From NCBI GenBank assembly GCA_044226015.1, contig JBGAHS010000008.1, positions 288,001-352,000 of the forward strand: a stretch of DNA of 64,000 nt, read 5' to 3'. This document shows, one piece after another, positions 1 through 10,539 of the stretch. Numbering within the stretch: position 1 is the first letter of the stretch; each line of letters begins with the position of its first letter. Made by a program: the position numbers and the translations under genes. The notes beneath the pieces are model-generated. The model searched no databases, was not told the DNA's origin, and saw nothing but the letters and a program-made list of their open reading frames with translations. The stretch is from Candidatus Obscuribacteraceae bacterium (GTDB lineage: Bacteria > Cyanobacteriota > Vampirovibrionia > Obscuribacterales > Obscuribacteraceae).

Positions 1-3000
1 CACCGCCGCCTGCGCTGAGCACCGGTCCATTAACTACGAGAGAAGCCGCTGCGCTCAGATTGATGGTGCCACCAGTGCCTCCACCACCCTGAGCGGCACC
101 TCCTCCGCCACCCGAGGTATTCACATCACCATTAATGGTGACCGACCCTGCGGCAGCGTTTACCGTAATAGTGCCACCATTGGCTCCACCTGGCCCCCAA
201 TATTCAGGATAATATACACCGGCGCCACCTCCTCCATATGAGCGCAGATAGCCAGTTGTTATGTCGCCAGCGCCACCAGATGCGTAAGTTTGTATTGCGA
301 TCGAGCCACCACCGTTGGCTCCGACGTACTTGCTTACGCCGCCAATACCCGAGACATCAATGTTTGCAGTGTTGATTGCGCCTGCCTTACTTGTCAAACT
401 TACATTACCGCTAGGCAAACTGATATCACCAGTCACGGTTACTCCAGCGTTGCCGGACAGGTTGAATGTATCAGAATTATTCAATGCAGTAGCGCCGGCA
501 GAGTAAATGTTGCCGGTGGTGTTTGCAATGAATCCACCCGAACTAGCAAAAGTCACAGGATTGATATTGATGTCTTGTCCTAGCAAGGCGTTAACGCTAA
601 CTGCATATCCGTAAGACTTGTAATTTATTTGAGGAACCGTAATTGCTCCAGCGTTTGGGAAGTCCAAATATACGGTACGACCAGCCGGTCCATACACAAC
701 AACCGGGCTTGATGGACTTGAGACACAATAAGAAATGGTTCCGCCAGAACTTTGAGTATCTCCTGCAATCGAAAGAGCCGAAGCATTCTTGAAAGTGATG
801 TTACTTCCAACAATAGAAACTCCTGCAAAAGGTGATGAAGCAAATGCTCCAGAGAAGCCAGTTCCCACAGTCTTAGCTACAGTAATGGTTGTTCCGGTCA
901 AATAGACTTCTCCATTTCTTCCTGGTTGTCCGGCGTTAGAAGCATCCGTTCCGCCCACACCAAAAAGCGCACCTCCTCCGCCTTTACCATATTCACCAGG
1001 AAGACCACCACTGCCAGCATTACCACCACCAGCTATGCCACCGCCGCCGGCTCCTGACAAATCGAGGATGCCAGTGCCCGTGGAACCACCACCATAAAAG
1101 CCACCCCCACCGGTGCCGCCTGTCGAAAACCTGGCACCGCCGCCACCGCCAAAGCTACCACCACCAGACGATGCACTTGCGTCACCACCACTGGCTGAAA
1201 GCACAGGACCGTCTATAGATAGCGTGCCACCAGCATTTACGTTGATTACTCCGCCCCATCCACCGCCAACTCCGTAGGCTCCGCCGCCTCCGCCGGAAGT
1301 ATTTATTTCTCCATTGATCGTTATCGAAGCTGGAGTAGTTACTGTGATGGTACCACCTGAGGCACCACCGCCGCCCCAGAATCCGCCGTTAGATGAGCCG
1401 GCACCTCCACCTCCAAACGAGCGCAACGCACCAGTGACGATATCATCAACGCCACTCTGAATTAGAATTGGTCCGCCGCCGCCACCACTGGCAGCGTCAC
1501 CAACGCCTCCTAAACCTGACGCATCAACTACCTTTGTCGTAATGGTGCCACTACTACTGTTCAAGCCAACCGTGCCTGAAGGCAATGCGATATCTGAATT
1601 CAAAGTTATGTCACCACCGGACTTAACCTGAATTTCTCTGGCTCCGCTGAGTCCCTCAAGTGAGACGCCCGCAGACACATTGGTGATTGTGTAACTGGGG
1701 TAATAGGTGTTTATGGTTCCACCACTTGGTACGCCAGCCTTGTCAAAATTCACTTGAGCTGAGTACCAAGATGACGGCTTAGCGGTAATCAAAGTAACCA
1801 TGCCGCCAGCAACACCAGCTCCAGAGTTACAATTTATTGTGCCCAGAGAAATCGCGTTTGCATCGTTAGCCGCGGCGATCACGGACACATCACCCGCGTT
1901 GGCACCAGCGAAACTGCTACTGCTATTAATACCGCTTGTACTTGCTACTTTTACGTGTCCGCCGCCACCACTGCCGGTGAAAGCCAATATCGTGACGTTT
2001 CCGCCAGCTCCGCCACTTGAGCTGCTGTTGATTACAGGGTTGCCACTGACCGCACTAAGGTCGACGTCGCCGCCCTTTCCAACGAGGTCAAAATTAACGC
2101 TAACAGTTCCGGTAGTGATGTCGTAGACTCCGGGAAGCGTAATACCAGCGGGAGAATTACCACCACCAGCAGTGCCATTGTCACTCAAATTAGCCCCAGC
2201 AATTATGTAAACATTGCCAGCCTTGCCTGTAGTTGAGTGAGTGTCTATAAGAGCACCAGGTCCGGTAGCTGTGATGTTTCCAGCAGCAATGATCGCCAGA
2301 TTTGCGTCAGCACCATTCGAAACGACTCCGTTAATGTTGATGTCGCCACCGAAATTAACGTAGGTCGGGTCACCGCTAATGCAATTGTCACCCAGATTCA
2401 AGACGCTAGTATTTGCACTAAAATGTTGGATTGCAGCAACCGTGTTCAAGTTACCAGTAATCTGCCCAACAAGAGCTTCAACATCGCCTGAACCCGAATA
2501 GATATTCAAATTCCGAGACAGGAAGTCACCACCGGTAATGTTAACGTTGCCCAATCCGCTATACAGTTGCGAGCGAATATTGATATCGCCCAATAGAGCC
2601 TGGAAGGTTCCGCCGGTGCCAATTATGTTAACGTTGCTTGTTGAAGCAAGGTTGGAAATATTGATGTTGCCAGCTTGCGAGAGAATGAGCCCCGCATTTA
2701 TGAGCGAGCCGGTGCCAACGTTTAAATTTACAGAATTTACAGCTTCTAACGTCGGTCGAGGTCCGTTAAGTCCAGCGGGAAGAGCATTGATAATCGAGTT
2801 TCCTGCCGTAAGATTCAAAATCCCAGCGCTTACAATTCGCCCTTGGTTGCTGATGCTATCCAGAGCACTCAAACTAAGATTTGACACAGAAAGAAGTCCA
2901 GCAAAAGCTGGCAAAGATGTATGCGGTATCACGGACGATATCAAGCTACCTGGTTGGTTGCTAATGTTCAGAGCAGACAAGCTAGCTTGTGCGCCATCTA

Positions 3001-3589
3001 CTTTCGCGCTTGTACCCGTATAAATAGAACCGTAATTGATGAGATTTCCAGTGATCTGAAAAGCAGGACCACTGGAAACGTCGTCAAAAGCAATAACTTG
3101 TCGCGGAATAATAAGGTCAGAAACTTTCAAGCCAGCCATGGTGTCATGCAGCAAGTCCAACGAGACACTGCCACTGGCAACGCTACCATTGGCTCTCAAA
3201 ACAATTGACTGCATACCACTCGAAATGTACTGCCCAATAGCCAACAATTCACCGGGTGTTACCAGTGACCCAGGAACGAATTCCCGACTTCCAGCACCAA
3301 CTTTAATTACAACAGAATCCGCGCCTTTAAGCGTACTTGGGTCAAGGCTGATGTTAGCAACCATTGAGCGCAAATCAAGACGAGAGGAACCTATCGGCAC
3401 AATTGCAGACCGCTGAAAGCCTGGTCGCATTGCCGCAGAATGTCCCGCCGGAGCAGCCGACGCTAAGCTCGTCTCGGCAGCCGAAGCAAGGCTGCTTGAG
3501 AAAAGTAAAAGGGGCATGAGCCCAACCGAAACTGCTTGCCTACGTGTATTTAAAATTTTGAACTTACGTGATCGTTGTTGCAATTTCAT
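1..3589 (-). CDS. Large secreted Gly-rich beta-helical / filamentous-haemagglutinin-like protein (3' end beyond window start)
   Basis: Manual translation: ATG at 3589 after GGGGAG RBS; MKLQQRSRKFKILNTRRQAVSVGLMPLLLFSSSLASA is signal-like. The frame appears open to position 2, with GNIN/GTIT beta-strand repeats and Gly-rich loops. Absent from the ORF track because there is no stop in the window. Confidence 0.85.
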   Translation of the reverse strand, partial: MKLQQRSRKFKILNTRRQAVSVGLMPLLLFSSSLASAAETSLASAAPAGHSAAMRPGFQRSAIVPIGSSRLDLRSMVANISLDPSTLKGADSVVIKVGAGSREFVPGSLVTPGELLAIGQYISSGMQSIVLRANGSVASGSVSLDLLHDTMAGLKVSDLIIPRQVIAFDDVSSGPAFQITGNLINYGSIYTGTSAKVDGAQASLSALNISNQPGSLISSVIPHTSLPAFAGLLSVSNLSLSALDSISNQGRIVSAGILNLTAGNSIINALPAGLNGPRPTLEAVNSVNLNVGTGSLINAGLILSQAGNINISNLASTSNVNIIGTGGTFQALLGDINIRSQLYSGLGNVNITGGDFLSRNLNIYSGSGDVEALVGQITGNLNTVAAIQHFSANTSVLNLGDNCISGDPTYVNFGGDININGVVSNGADANLAIIAAGNITATGPGALIDTHSTTGKAGNVYIIAGANLSDNGTAGGGNSPAGITLPGVYDITTGTVSVNFDLVGKGGDVDLSAVSGNPVINSSSSGGAGGNVTILAFTGSGGGGHVKVASTSGINSSSSFAGANAGDVSVIAAANDANAISLGTINCNSGAGVAGGMVTLITAKPSSWYSAQVNFDKAGVPSGGTINTYYPSYTITNVSAGVSLEGLSGAREIQVKSGGDITLNSDIALPSGTVGLNSSSGTITTKVVDASGLGGVGDAASGGGGGPILIQSGVDDIVTGALRSFGGGGAGSSNGGFWGGGGASGGTITVTTPASITINGEINTSGGGGGAYGVGGGWGGVINVNAGGTLSIDGPVLSASGGDASASSGGGSFGGGGGARFSTGGTGGGGFYGGGSTGTGILDLSGAGGGGIAGGGNAGSGGLPGEYGKGGGGALFGVGGTDASNAGQPGRNGEVYLTGTTITVAKTVGTGFSGAFASSPFAGVSIVGSNITFKNASALSIAGDTQSSGGTISYCVSSPSSPVVVYGPAGRTVYLDFPNAGAITVPQINYKSYGYAVSVNALLGQDININPVTFASSGGFIANTTGNIYSAGATALNNSDTFNLSGNAGVTVTGDISLPSGNVSLTSKAGAINTANIDVSGIGGVSKYVGANGGGSIAIQTYASGGAGDITTGYLRSYGGGGAGVYYPEYWGPGGANGGTITVNAAAGSVTINGDVNTSGGGGGAAQGGGGTGGTINLSAAASLVVNGPVLSAGGG

Positions 3590-4349
3590 GATTTTGTCTC
3601 CCCAAAAGCCATGCCAGGCCCCGAAACGGCGCCGGAGACGTCGTCGGAGACTATATTCTGCTATTACAATTATGCTTCTGAATTTGGGTTCTTACTTCGC
3701 TCGAAGGGACTATACTTTTCGATACCTCCTTCAAACGATATCAAGCATGTAACCAATCAACGGACTGATTTCCGTGTCGCCACAAACGCGCATCAATGCA
3801 AGAGCAACCGGCATTTTCCCTACAAATTTCGATAATTGGCATAAAGAAGAGCGCGAAATTGAGAAATGGCAGCGAACAATCAATTGAAAGAAGACAGAGT
3901 CCATGCGCAGAACAAGCTTAAGCAATGGGATACGAACGTGTTTTGATCGAGAACTTGATGCATCAAATCCGAATTAAGAAATAGAATCGCAAAATGTACA
4001 GTTGCGATGTCATCGCAATTACAACAAGAATTCAAATATGAAAGTCGAATTTGTGCACATAAATGAGATTCGCTCTAGGTAGCGCTTTTCGAAATTTGCA
4101 GACACTCCAAATAAAATTTGGGCTAGATAACACCTTTCTCAAAGGGCGCTGCACCAGATTAGGTGCAAGAAATACCAATCGCTCTATACCGGCTAAGCGC
4201 CGACTTCACAGACTAGAGAATGGAGCAGTTAGTGGCATTCGCTCCAAACAACAAGCTTCGAGTTAACATTCATTCGAAACAAGATATTTCCAAAATAACA
4301 TCCACTAGAAATAGCGTCTGTGCTTAATAAGATTCATTCGAAATATGAG

Positions 4350-4489
4350 CCGCTCAAACTCGTCCCCTCAAACTCATCCGCTCAAACTCATCCTCTCAAA
4401 CTCATCCTCTCAAACTCATCCGCTCCAAGTCGTCCTCTCCAAGTCGTCCTCTCCAAGTCGTCCGCTCAAAGTCGTCCTCTCCAACCGAT
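4350..4489. repeat. 14-bp tandem repeat, ~10 copies (CCKCTCMAASTCRT)
   Basis: Units ccgctcaaactcat / cctctcaaactcat / cctctccaagtcgt read directly; no spacers. Confidence 0.9.
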
Positions 4490-4744
4490 AGCGCTAACTT
4501 CGCAAATAATAGAGAAGAAACTCACCGACAAGTCCTTCGGACTGCCGAGAGAGTGGCTGCAAGCCGATCGGAGGGCAATAGGCTCAGAAAAACACCAGTT
4601 AACCACAGCAACTCTTGGAAAGCGAGAATTCCATGATTTAAGCTAAGATTCAACGAAAATTGTTCAAAATTGCAGGCAGAAATCAGTGCAAGTAGTTATT
4701 CTAGAAAGCTATAACACATCGCCGCAAGAGATGCAGGAGACACC

Positions 4745-6634
4745 ATGGCTAACACCTTTGCAGCCTGGGAACGCGAGTACAATGCCGGAGTTAACGCGCT
4801 TGATAGTGCCAACTTCAGCAAAGCAATTCAGCATCTGAAAAATGCGGTGGATTTGGCGCAAAACACCAACGCAATATTACCTGCACTGCACACGCGCTTG
4901 ATGCTCGCCGATGCGTACAGAATGGCTGGCGATCTAAAAACAGCGACAGAAGAATACAGCGACATTATTGCCAAAAGTACAAACAACCCTCAACTGCGAA
5001 CAGTTGAAATTCTTGCACAGGGATCGCTCGGAATGCTCTCCGCTGGAGTAAACCAGATGAAGGCAATCGGCGCACTCGAAAAGGCTGTTTCGATGATTCG
5101 ACAGACAAAGGTTGAGAGACTGCCCGACTTCGCTCCTTTGATTATGGGTCTAGCTGCGCTTTATATGGAAGCTGGAAATTTCGTCAAAGCAGAAGATGTC
5201 GCAAATTATGCGTTGAGCTACTCAAAAGAAACCCTCGGACCCCACGATGAGACAACCCTTGCTTGCATGAACCTTTGCGCAATCGTCGCACAACTTGCAG
5301 GAAAGCCTGACAAAGCAAATGACTTGAAGCGTGAAATAATTTCGAAAAAAGAAGGTGGACGCGGAGGCAAGATGAATATGCTTGGTATCAGTCAGTCGCT
5401 TTCAGATGTTCGACTTCCCGATGACACCGACAACGACACCACCAATTCAACTCGAAAAACGTCCTCAGGTTCTAAAGGCAAATCAGCAGCAGCTGACTCA
5501 AAGAAGAATAACACTTTGAAAAAGAGCACTAAGCAAATAGCGGAATCACCTGAAGCAGACGAAAAGACTCAGCATAAGCCTGGTCCAGAACTTACGATTC
5601 AGGCGTCAGAGTCTCAAGCCGATGACGCGACTTTGAAAAAGACCTCGGCAAAGGGAACTAATTCAGTATCCAAAAGCACACGTAAAGAAAGTGTTGAGTC
5701 CACTCCGCCATCAAATGTAGTGGCGTTCCCCAAGAAAAACACTGATACGAGCCGTTCAGAAGAGAAAGACAAGAAGAAAACCAGCTTGGAATCAAGCGTG
5801 AGTAATGCGACTCGAACTCCGAGAGAAAAATCACCTCTAGAATTAGCTGACGCGCTCGTGAGAGAAGCCTGGAACCAATCGAATGCGCAGGCCAGGAAAC
5901 TGGCGTGGGAGGCATTGGGTTTATCGAATGATTGCGCAAACGCTTACTTGCTTCTTGCGGATAAAGAGTTGCGTCCAAGCAAGCGAATAGCTTTATTTAG
6001 GCTAGCAATTGATACGGCAACTCGAACGCTCGAGCCTGGGTGGGAGGAACGTTATGCAGGTCATGGCTGGTTCGCATTAGAAACGCGCCCTCTCATAAGA
6101 GCGATGGCAATGCTGGCTTCAGAACTCCGAGAAAGAGAAGAATTGCAAGAAGCGCTTTCGATTTACGAAAGATTGCTCAAGCTAAATCCTGACGACAATC
6201 TTGGTACCAGATATGAATACGCGTGCTGCCTGTACGAAGCGCAATGTAATGATGAGCTAGAAAAATTGCTCAAGCAATATTCAGATGATGGAGGTGCGGC
6301 TCTGCTCTACACAAAGGCGCTCGCAGTGTTCAGGAAAGGACTTGACCAGAAGGCAGCAAACAAGGCGTTGCTCAAAGCTTTTGATGCGAATCCTTTTGTA
6401 CCATTGTTCATATCTGAAAGAGTTGAGCTGCCGAAAAAAGACCCTGTATCTTTAGCAGGTTTTGGTGATGAAAACGAAGCGGCAGAATACGTAAGAATCG
6501 GAATGCTGAATTGGCATGAAACCAACGGTGCAAGAAAATGGATGGCGAAGGTACTCGAAAAAGAGCTGATCAAATCCTTCGAGGATGTGAAGATGGTTAA
6601 GGACGTGATTGCAGAACTGCAAATCGACATTTAG
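4745..6634 (+). CDS. TPR-repeat protein (N-terminal TPRs, low-complexity K/S/T linker, C-terminal helical domain with NPDDNLGTRY motif)
   Basis: 629-aa ORF, AGGAG RBS, TPR-like helical pattern. Confidence 0.8.
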   Translation: MANTFAAWEREYNAGVNALDSANFSKAIQHLKNAVDLAQNTNAILPALHTRLMLADAYRMAGDLKTATEEYSDIIAKSTNNPQLRTVEILAQGSLGMLSAGVNQMKAIGALEKAVSMIRQTKVERLPDFAPLIMGLAALYMEAGNFVKAEDVANYALSYSKETLGPHDETTLACMNLCAIVAQLAGKPDKANDLKREIISKKEGGRGGKMNMLGISQSLSDVRLPDDTDNDTTNSTRKTSSGSKGKSAAADSKKNNTLKKSTKQIAESPEADEKTQHKPGPELTIQASESQADDATLKKTSAKGTNSVSKSTRKESVESTPPSNVVAFPKKNTDTSRSEEKDKKKTSLESSVSNATRTPREKSPLELADALVREAWNQSNAQARKLAWEALGLSNDCANAYLLLADKELRPSKRIALFRLAIDTATRTLEPGWEERYAGHGWFALETRPLIRAMAMLASELREREELQEALSIYERLLKLNPDDNLGTRYEYACCLYEAQCNDELEKLLKQYSDDGGAALLYTKALAVFRKGLDQKAANKALLKAFDANPFVPLFISERVELPKKDPVSLAGFGDENEAAEYVRIGMLNWHETNGARKWMAKVLEKELIKSFEDVKMVKDVIAELQIDI

Positions 6635-6852
6635 ACACTTTTTCAAACTCGACTTTCCAATCGCCAAGCATAGCCCTGTTTCATGCGCCCGACAAAAACT
6701 CCGACTGCGGACGCTCCAATGAGCTTTGAAGTGTTTGCACTCAGTATTAGCATTATCTATCTCGGACCATTCGTGGCGCCGCTTATGGCTGGGTTTCAAT
6801 GCATCTAAATTTGTGGCCGGATGTAGGGGACGTTTATTAGGATCCTTTTTCA

Positions 6853-7437
6853 CTACCGCGAACTTTGTTTATTCTGCTCATCAATAAGTTTGTCTAATCG
6901 CTCAAGGTCTTTCGGACGTCCACCATGTTGGTAGCAAACCTGTCGAGCAATCTTGAATTCGTTGATTGCGTCAACGTGCTTTCCCTTCTTGCCAAAAACC
7001 TTACCTAACTGTTCATGAACAGAGCCCCCAAGAGATTCGAACTTCAAAGCCTGGTTTAGACTCTGCTCCGCCAAAATTAGCTTATGTTGCTCTTCAAAGA
7101 TACCGGCGCGATTTGTATAGGACATGGAAAGATATTCGCGATTTTCTTGAGATATAGCGCGTTTCTTCAAAATTACAATTGCTAGGTCTTCGTCGGCCAG
7201 CGCGTCATTTTGCTTGCCCAGCTTCGACAGGACCGCACCACGATTTATTCTTAAGACCGGATCGTCAGGATTTTTTATTATTAGCCGATTCAAGATTTCA
7301 GCCGCAAGCGAAAACTTACTTTGAGAACATAGTTCGGTGGCTGCTGCGACAGAGTCTTCACAAAACCCAGGAATGTTCCACTGGAAACAAAAGAAGACAA
7401 TCAAAATAAAATTGCTAGCCCTATTTCTGTTTTGCAT
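6853..7437 (-). CDS. Secreted TPR protein
   Basis: Hydrophobic N-terminus, TPR motifs (INRGAVLSKLGKQNDAL). Confidence 0.75.
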   Translation of the reverse strand: MQNRNRASNFILIVFFCFQWNIPGFCEDSVAAATELCSQSKFSLAAEILNRLIIKNPDDPVLRINRGAVLSKLGKQNDALADEDLAIVILKKRAISQENREYLSMSYTNRAGIFEEQHKLILAEQSLNQALKFESLGGSVHEQLGKVFGKKGKHVDAINEFKIARQVCYQHGGRPKDLERLDKLIDEQNKQSSR

Positions 7438-7465
7438 TTTCTCTTGCTCGCTGCAATAAGGTTAC

Positions 7466-7987
7466 TCAAAATGACTGTGCCGCCCAGGCAGCCCTGGTCA
7501 ATCGATAAACAACACTTTCATTGCCGAATCGCAACTGAGTGCCGACATACTCAGCGCCGATTTTCTCCACAGCTTTGCGCGAGCGTGCGTTATTCGGACC
7601 AATATAGAAAAGAACGTTATCTACAAACTTGAAGGCATGGTCAAGCATCAGCTTTTTCATTTCGCGATTATAGCTACCGCCCCAATGTTCAGTCGTTAGA
7701 AACGTCCAGCCAATCTCAACTTCACTATTTGCTTCGTTGTATCCGTGATAGCGGGTGGATCCAATAATCTTGCCGCTAGCGTTCGAAACGACGGCAAATG
7801 CGCCACCAGATGCGATGGCACCATCAAAATAGCCTTGAAAAACTTCCTTCTTGTAGCGATCTGAATTGGGGTGCTGCTCCCATATTTTGGGGTCGGAAGC
7901 CGCGGCATATAGCTCAGCATAATCCTCTGGCTGTAACGGTTTCAGATTTAAAAGCTCTCCAACGAGAGTGGGCTGCAATTCAAACAC
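7466..7987 (-). CDS. GNAT N-acetyltransferase (RimJ/RimL-like)
   Basis: VEIGWTFL...WGGSYN and NARSRKAVEKIG motifs; GTG start at 7987 after GGAGAG. Confidence 0.9.
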   Translation of the reverse strand: MFELQPTLVGELLNLKPLQPEDYAELYAAASDPKIWEQHPNSDRYKKEVFQGYFDGAIASGGAFAVVSNASGKIIGSTRYHGYNEANSEVEIGWTFLTTEHWGGSYNREMKKLMLDHAFKFVDNVLFYIGPNNARSRKAVEKIGAEYVGTQLRFGNESVVYRLTRAAWAAQSF

Positions 7988-8504
7988 TTTTCTCTCCAGA
8001 ACTGGCTTTCTGACGACTCTCGGCTCGCACATCCCTGACGCTCCTCAGCATATGTGCTTCAAATTCCAGGCTCAGCCCCTGCTCATTGATAAGCGCCTTT
8101 AGCTTTTCCGCATACTTCAAATGAACACTTTCTTCATCTTGAGGGTCAATCTGACCAACAAATTTCTTGTAGGCTCCGCAATCTTCATGACCAAGTACAA
8201 GCACCTTGCTGATGTTGTGCAAAGACTTGGACAACTTAAGATGGTCGAGAAAGAAGTCCCTCCAATGAGGCTTTGGTTCGGGTCCAAAGTCGATTACAGG
8301 TCCGAGTTCAGCGCCAGCAACAATTACATGATCGTAATCGCCAACCAACCCCTTCGCTCTAATCACATCTTCAACTTCATCGAAGAAGCGAAAATCAATG
8401 CAAGTTAGCAAAAGAACTGACGCGTGATGATCAGGCGTATCGCCCTGATTCATTTCATCAAGCACGTCCGACATTTCATTGAGAGAAATCGAATAATGAC
8501 TCAT
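7980..8504 (-). CDS. Beta-class carbonic anhydrase-like protein
   Basis: Zn ligand motifs CIDFR and HEDCGAY; ATG 8504 with AGGA RBS. Confidence 0.8.
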   Translation of the reverse strand: MSHYSISLNEMSDVLDEMNQGDTPDHHASVLLLTCIDFRFFDEVEDVIRAKGLVGDYDHVIVAGAELGPVIDFGPEPKPHWRDFFLDHLKLSKSLHNISKVLVLGHEDCGAYKKFVGQIDPQDEESVHLKYAEKLKALINEQGLSLEFEAHMLRSVRDVRAESRQKASSGEKSV

Positions 8505-8518
8505 GATTTTTTTCCTAC

Positions 8519-9265
8519 TTAATCGGCACCGTTGATATAAAGCACAATCATTTCTTTCCAATACGGCCAATCATGCGCGAATCCATCCCATCTGCGGAAG
8601 GCGTGCCAAATATCTTTCGCCCACAGTTCATGCGTAAACATTTCGTTTCCTGGAAAAAGTGGGTCAGTCTCTCCCATCGCAAAAATGATTTCGACCTCTT
8701 TGATTTTTTTGATAAGTTCAGGATCCTTCAATTGTTTGATGTATTCATTGGGATCACACTGCAAAATGTACTCGTCGTAGTAATGATAGACCCAGTGAAA
8801 AATCGGATGAGGCGCGCTCATCTGATGCAAATCATAAGGACCACTAAAACCGATGGTGCGATTGAAATGTTCAGGATAACGCAAAGCAATATTTATCGCA
8901 TGGTATGCACCCATGCTCGCGCCCAAAGCTGTGACGAAATCTGTTTCATTCTTTGATTTTGTGTAAGGAAGAACTTCGTCCACAACATATTTTTGATAAG
9001 CAAGATGGCGCTTGGCTTTATCCGTGGGATGCGCAGCGGTGTTCCACCAGCTCTCGGGGTCAACGCTGTCAACAAAAATCATTTGCAAGGAGCCATTCTC
9101 TATCTGATCGCGCACGGGCTCAAGCATGCCGCGATTTTCCCAATCATAGAAACGCCCATTTGAAACGGGGAACACAATAACGCGAGCTCCCGAATGCCCA
9201 AACGTGAGCAACTCCATGTCTCTGTCGAGAGTCTTACTGTACCATTTTGAGTATTCGCGCTTCAT
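8519..9265 (-). CDS. Putative esterase (alpha/beta hydrolase)
   Basis: GASMG nucleophile elbow, C-terminal HDWPYW. Confidence 0.9.
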   Translation of the reverse strand: MKREYSKWYSKTLDRDMELLTFGHSGARVIVFPVSNGRFYDWENRGMLEPVRDQIENGSLQMIFVDSVDPESWWNTAAHPTDKAKRHLAYQKYVVDEVLPYTKSKNETDFVTALGASMGAYHAINIALRYPEHFNRTIGFSGPYDLHQMSAPHPIFHWVYHYYDEYILQCDPNEYIKQLKDPELIKKIKEVEIIFAMGETDPLFPGNEMFTHELWAKDIWHAFRRWDGFAHDWPYWKEMIVLYINGAD

Positions 9266-9546
9266 GCCGGGTGGATTCCTCTGGGTCGCTCAATAACTCG
9301 ACCATTATAATCCACCTTTTTGAAAGCATTGCCAGCCCATTGGCTTTCAGGGTTGTCAACATCGCCAGGGGCACAATGAGCTGTTGTGGAAACGGGTCAT
9401 TGTTCTTGCATCAACACAGAAGAGACCAACGAAATTCCTCGCGCTCACGAGTCTAGGCATTCGTAATTATGGACCCTGGGATCGCCGCCATCCTGGCGGC
9501 TTCGGGTTCACTATAACTGCAGAAGTAATTGACGGGTTTTACAAAA

Positions 9547-10254
9547 TCATGACTTGCGAATATCTTGTCCATCTCGGGTAAACACCCATGAAGAGCCGTT
9601 GCGCCCTTGATAGTGGATGTTTCCATTCTTATCAACATTCATATCGCCTTCCCACACTGAACCATTATCACGATTGATCCAGCTTGAGCGCCCTTGTGCA
9701 TCAGTGCTGCGATCCCAGCGACCTAAATGCCCATCAATTGAATCAACTTTGTTGTTTTCGTCGTAATGGAATTTGCGCACCTTACCGTCAGTTCCCTTTG
9801 TTTCAACAACATTGTTGTTGCCATCGGTGTCGACAAACCAGGGCTTATTGGTTTTGGGATCAACCTCAGAATGGCTTGTGCTGCCATCTCCATACTTGTA
9901 TGTTCCAGAGACAGAGTTGCCAGTTCGGGTGTTGTATTCCCAATGAGAGGAGGAATTATTGTCGTTTGTGTAATCTTCAGATTTACGCCTGCCAGTATTC
10001 TTATCATACTCGGTGTGGATTTTGGTGTGCTCATCCATCGCAGTATCTGCAGATTTCAAATCGCCACTATCATAAAATGTGAGTGGTGGCAGTCCATCAG
10101 ACGGCTTTTCTTTCTGATCCTTTTGAATCTGTTCCGCAATCTGCTTGCGCTGATCAGGGCTCAATTTGTGCAGCTCTACTGCGGCATCTTCAATGTGTCC
10201 CGATTTGATTTCTTTCTCAATTGCTTGTGCTTTGTCTTGTACATCCGCGCCCAT
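9547..10254 (-). CDS. Hypothetical protein with YD/RHS-like beta repeats
   Basis: 235-aa ORF with EYD/HYDE/EYN repeats. Confidence 0.6.
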   Translation of the reverse strand: MGADVQDKAQAIEKEIKSGHIEDAAVELHKLSPDQRKQIAEQIQKDQKEKPSDGLPPLTFYDSGDLKSADTAMDEHTKIHTEYDKNTGRRKSEDYTNDNNSSSHWEYNTRTGNSVSGTYKYGDGSTSHSEVDPKTNKPWFVDTDGNNNVVETKGTDGKVRKFHYDENNKVDSIDGHLGRWDRSTDAQGRSSWINRDNGSVWEGDMNVDKNGNIHYQGRNGSSWVFTRDGQDIRKS

Positions 10255-10334
10255 GATCTAGTCCTCACCAACCTTTATGATTGTGAGATTACGCGAAATT
10301 TGTATACAAGTTGTTTACGCCTGAAAGCCTTGAA

Positions 10335-10473
10335 CTGCATAGATTTATGTCGCGAGGACGCTGCAAGAATCTTGTCGCAAGGATGCTGTAAGAATCTTGT
10401 CGCAAGGATGCTGCAAGAATCTTGTCGCAAGGATGCGGCACAGTCTTGTCGCTAGGATGCTGCACACTTCTTG
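10335..10473. repeat. 25-bp tandem repeat, ~5 copies (TGTCGCAAGGATGCTGCAAGAATCT)
   Basis: TGTCGC cores at 10348, 10373, 10398, 10423, 10447; no unique spacers. Confidence 0.9.
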
Positions 10474-10539
10474 CTTCAATCCAGCCACCTGGTCATCTCG
10501 TCATCTCGTCAAACTGCAATTTGCCAAGCAACGCAAAGC

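Noticed and set aside
290..3416. Plus-strand ORFs in the ORF track
   Set aside because: Antisense shadows of the Gly-rich minus-strand gene
4350..4489. CRISPR array
   Set aside because: Contiguous 14-bp units without spacers; no cas genes in the window
10335..10473. CRISPR array
   Set aside because: 25-bp units abut directly with no unique spacers
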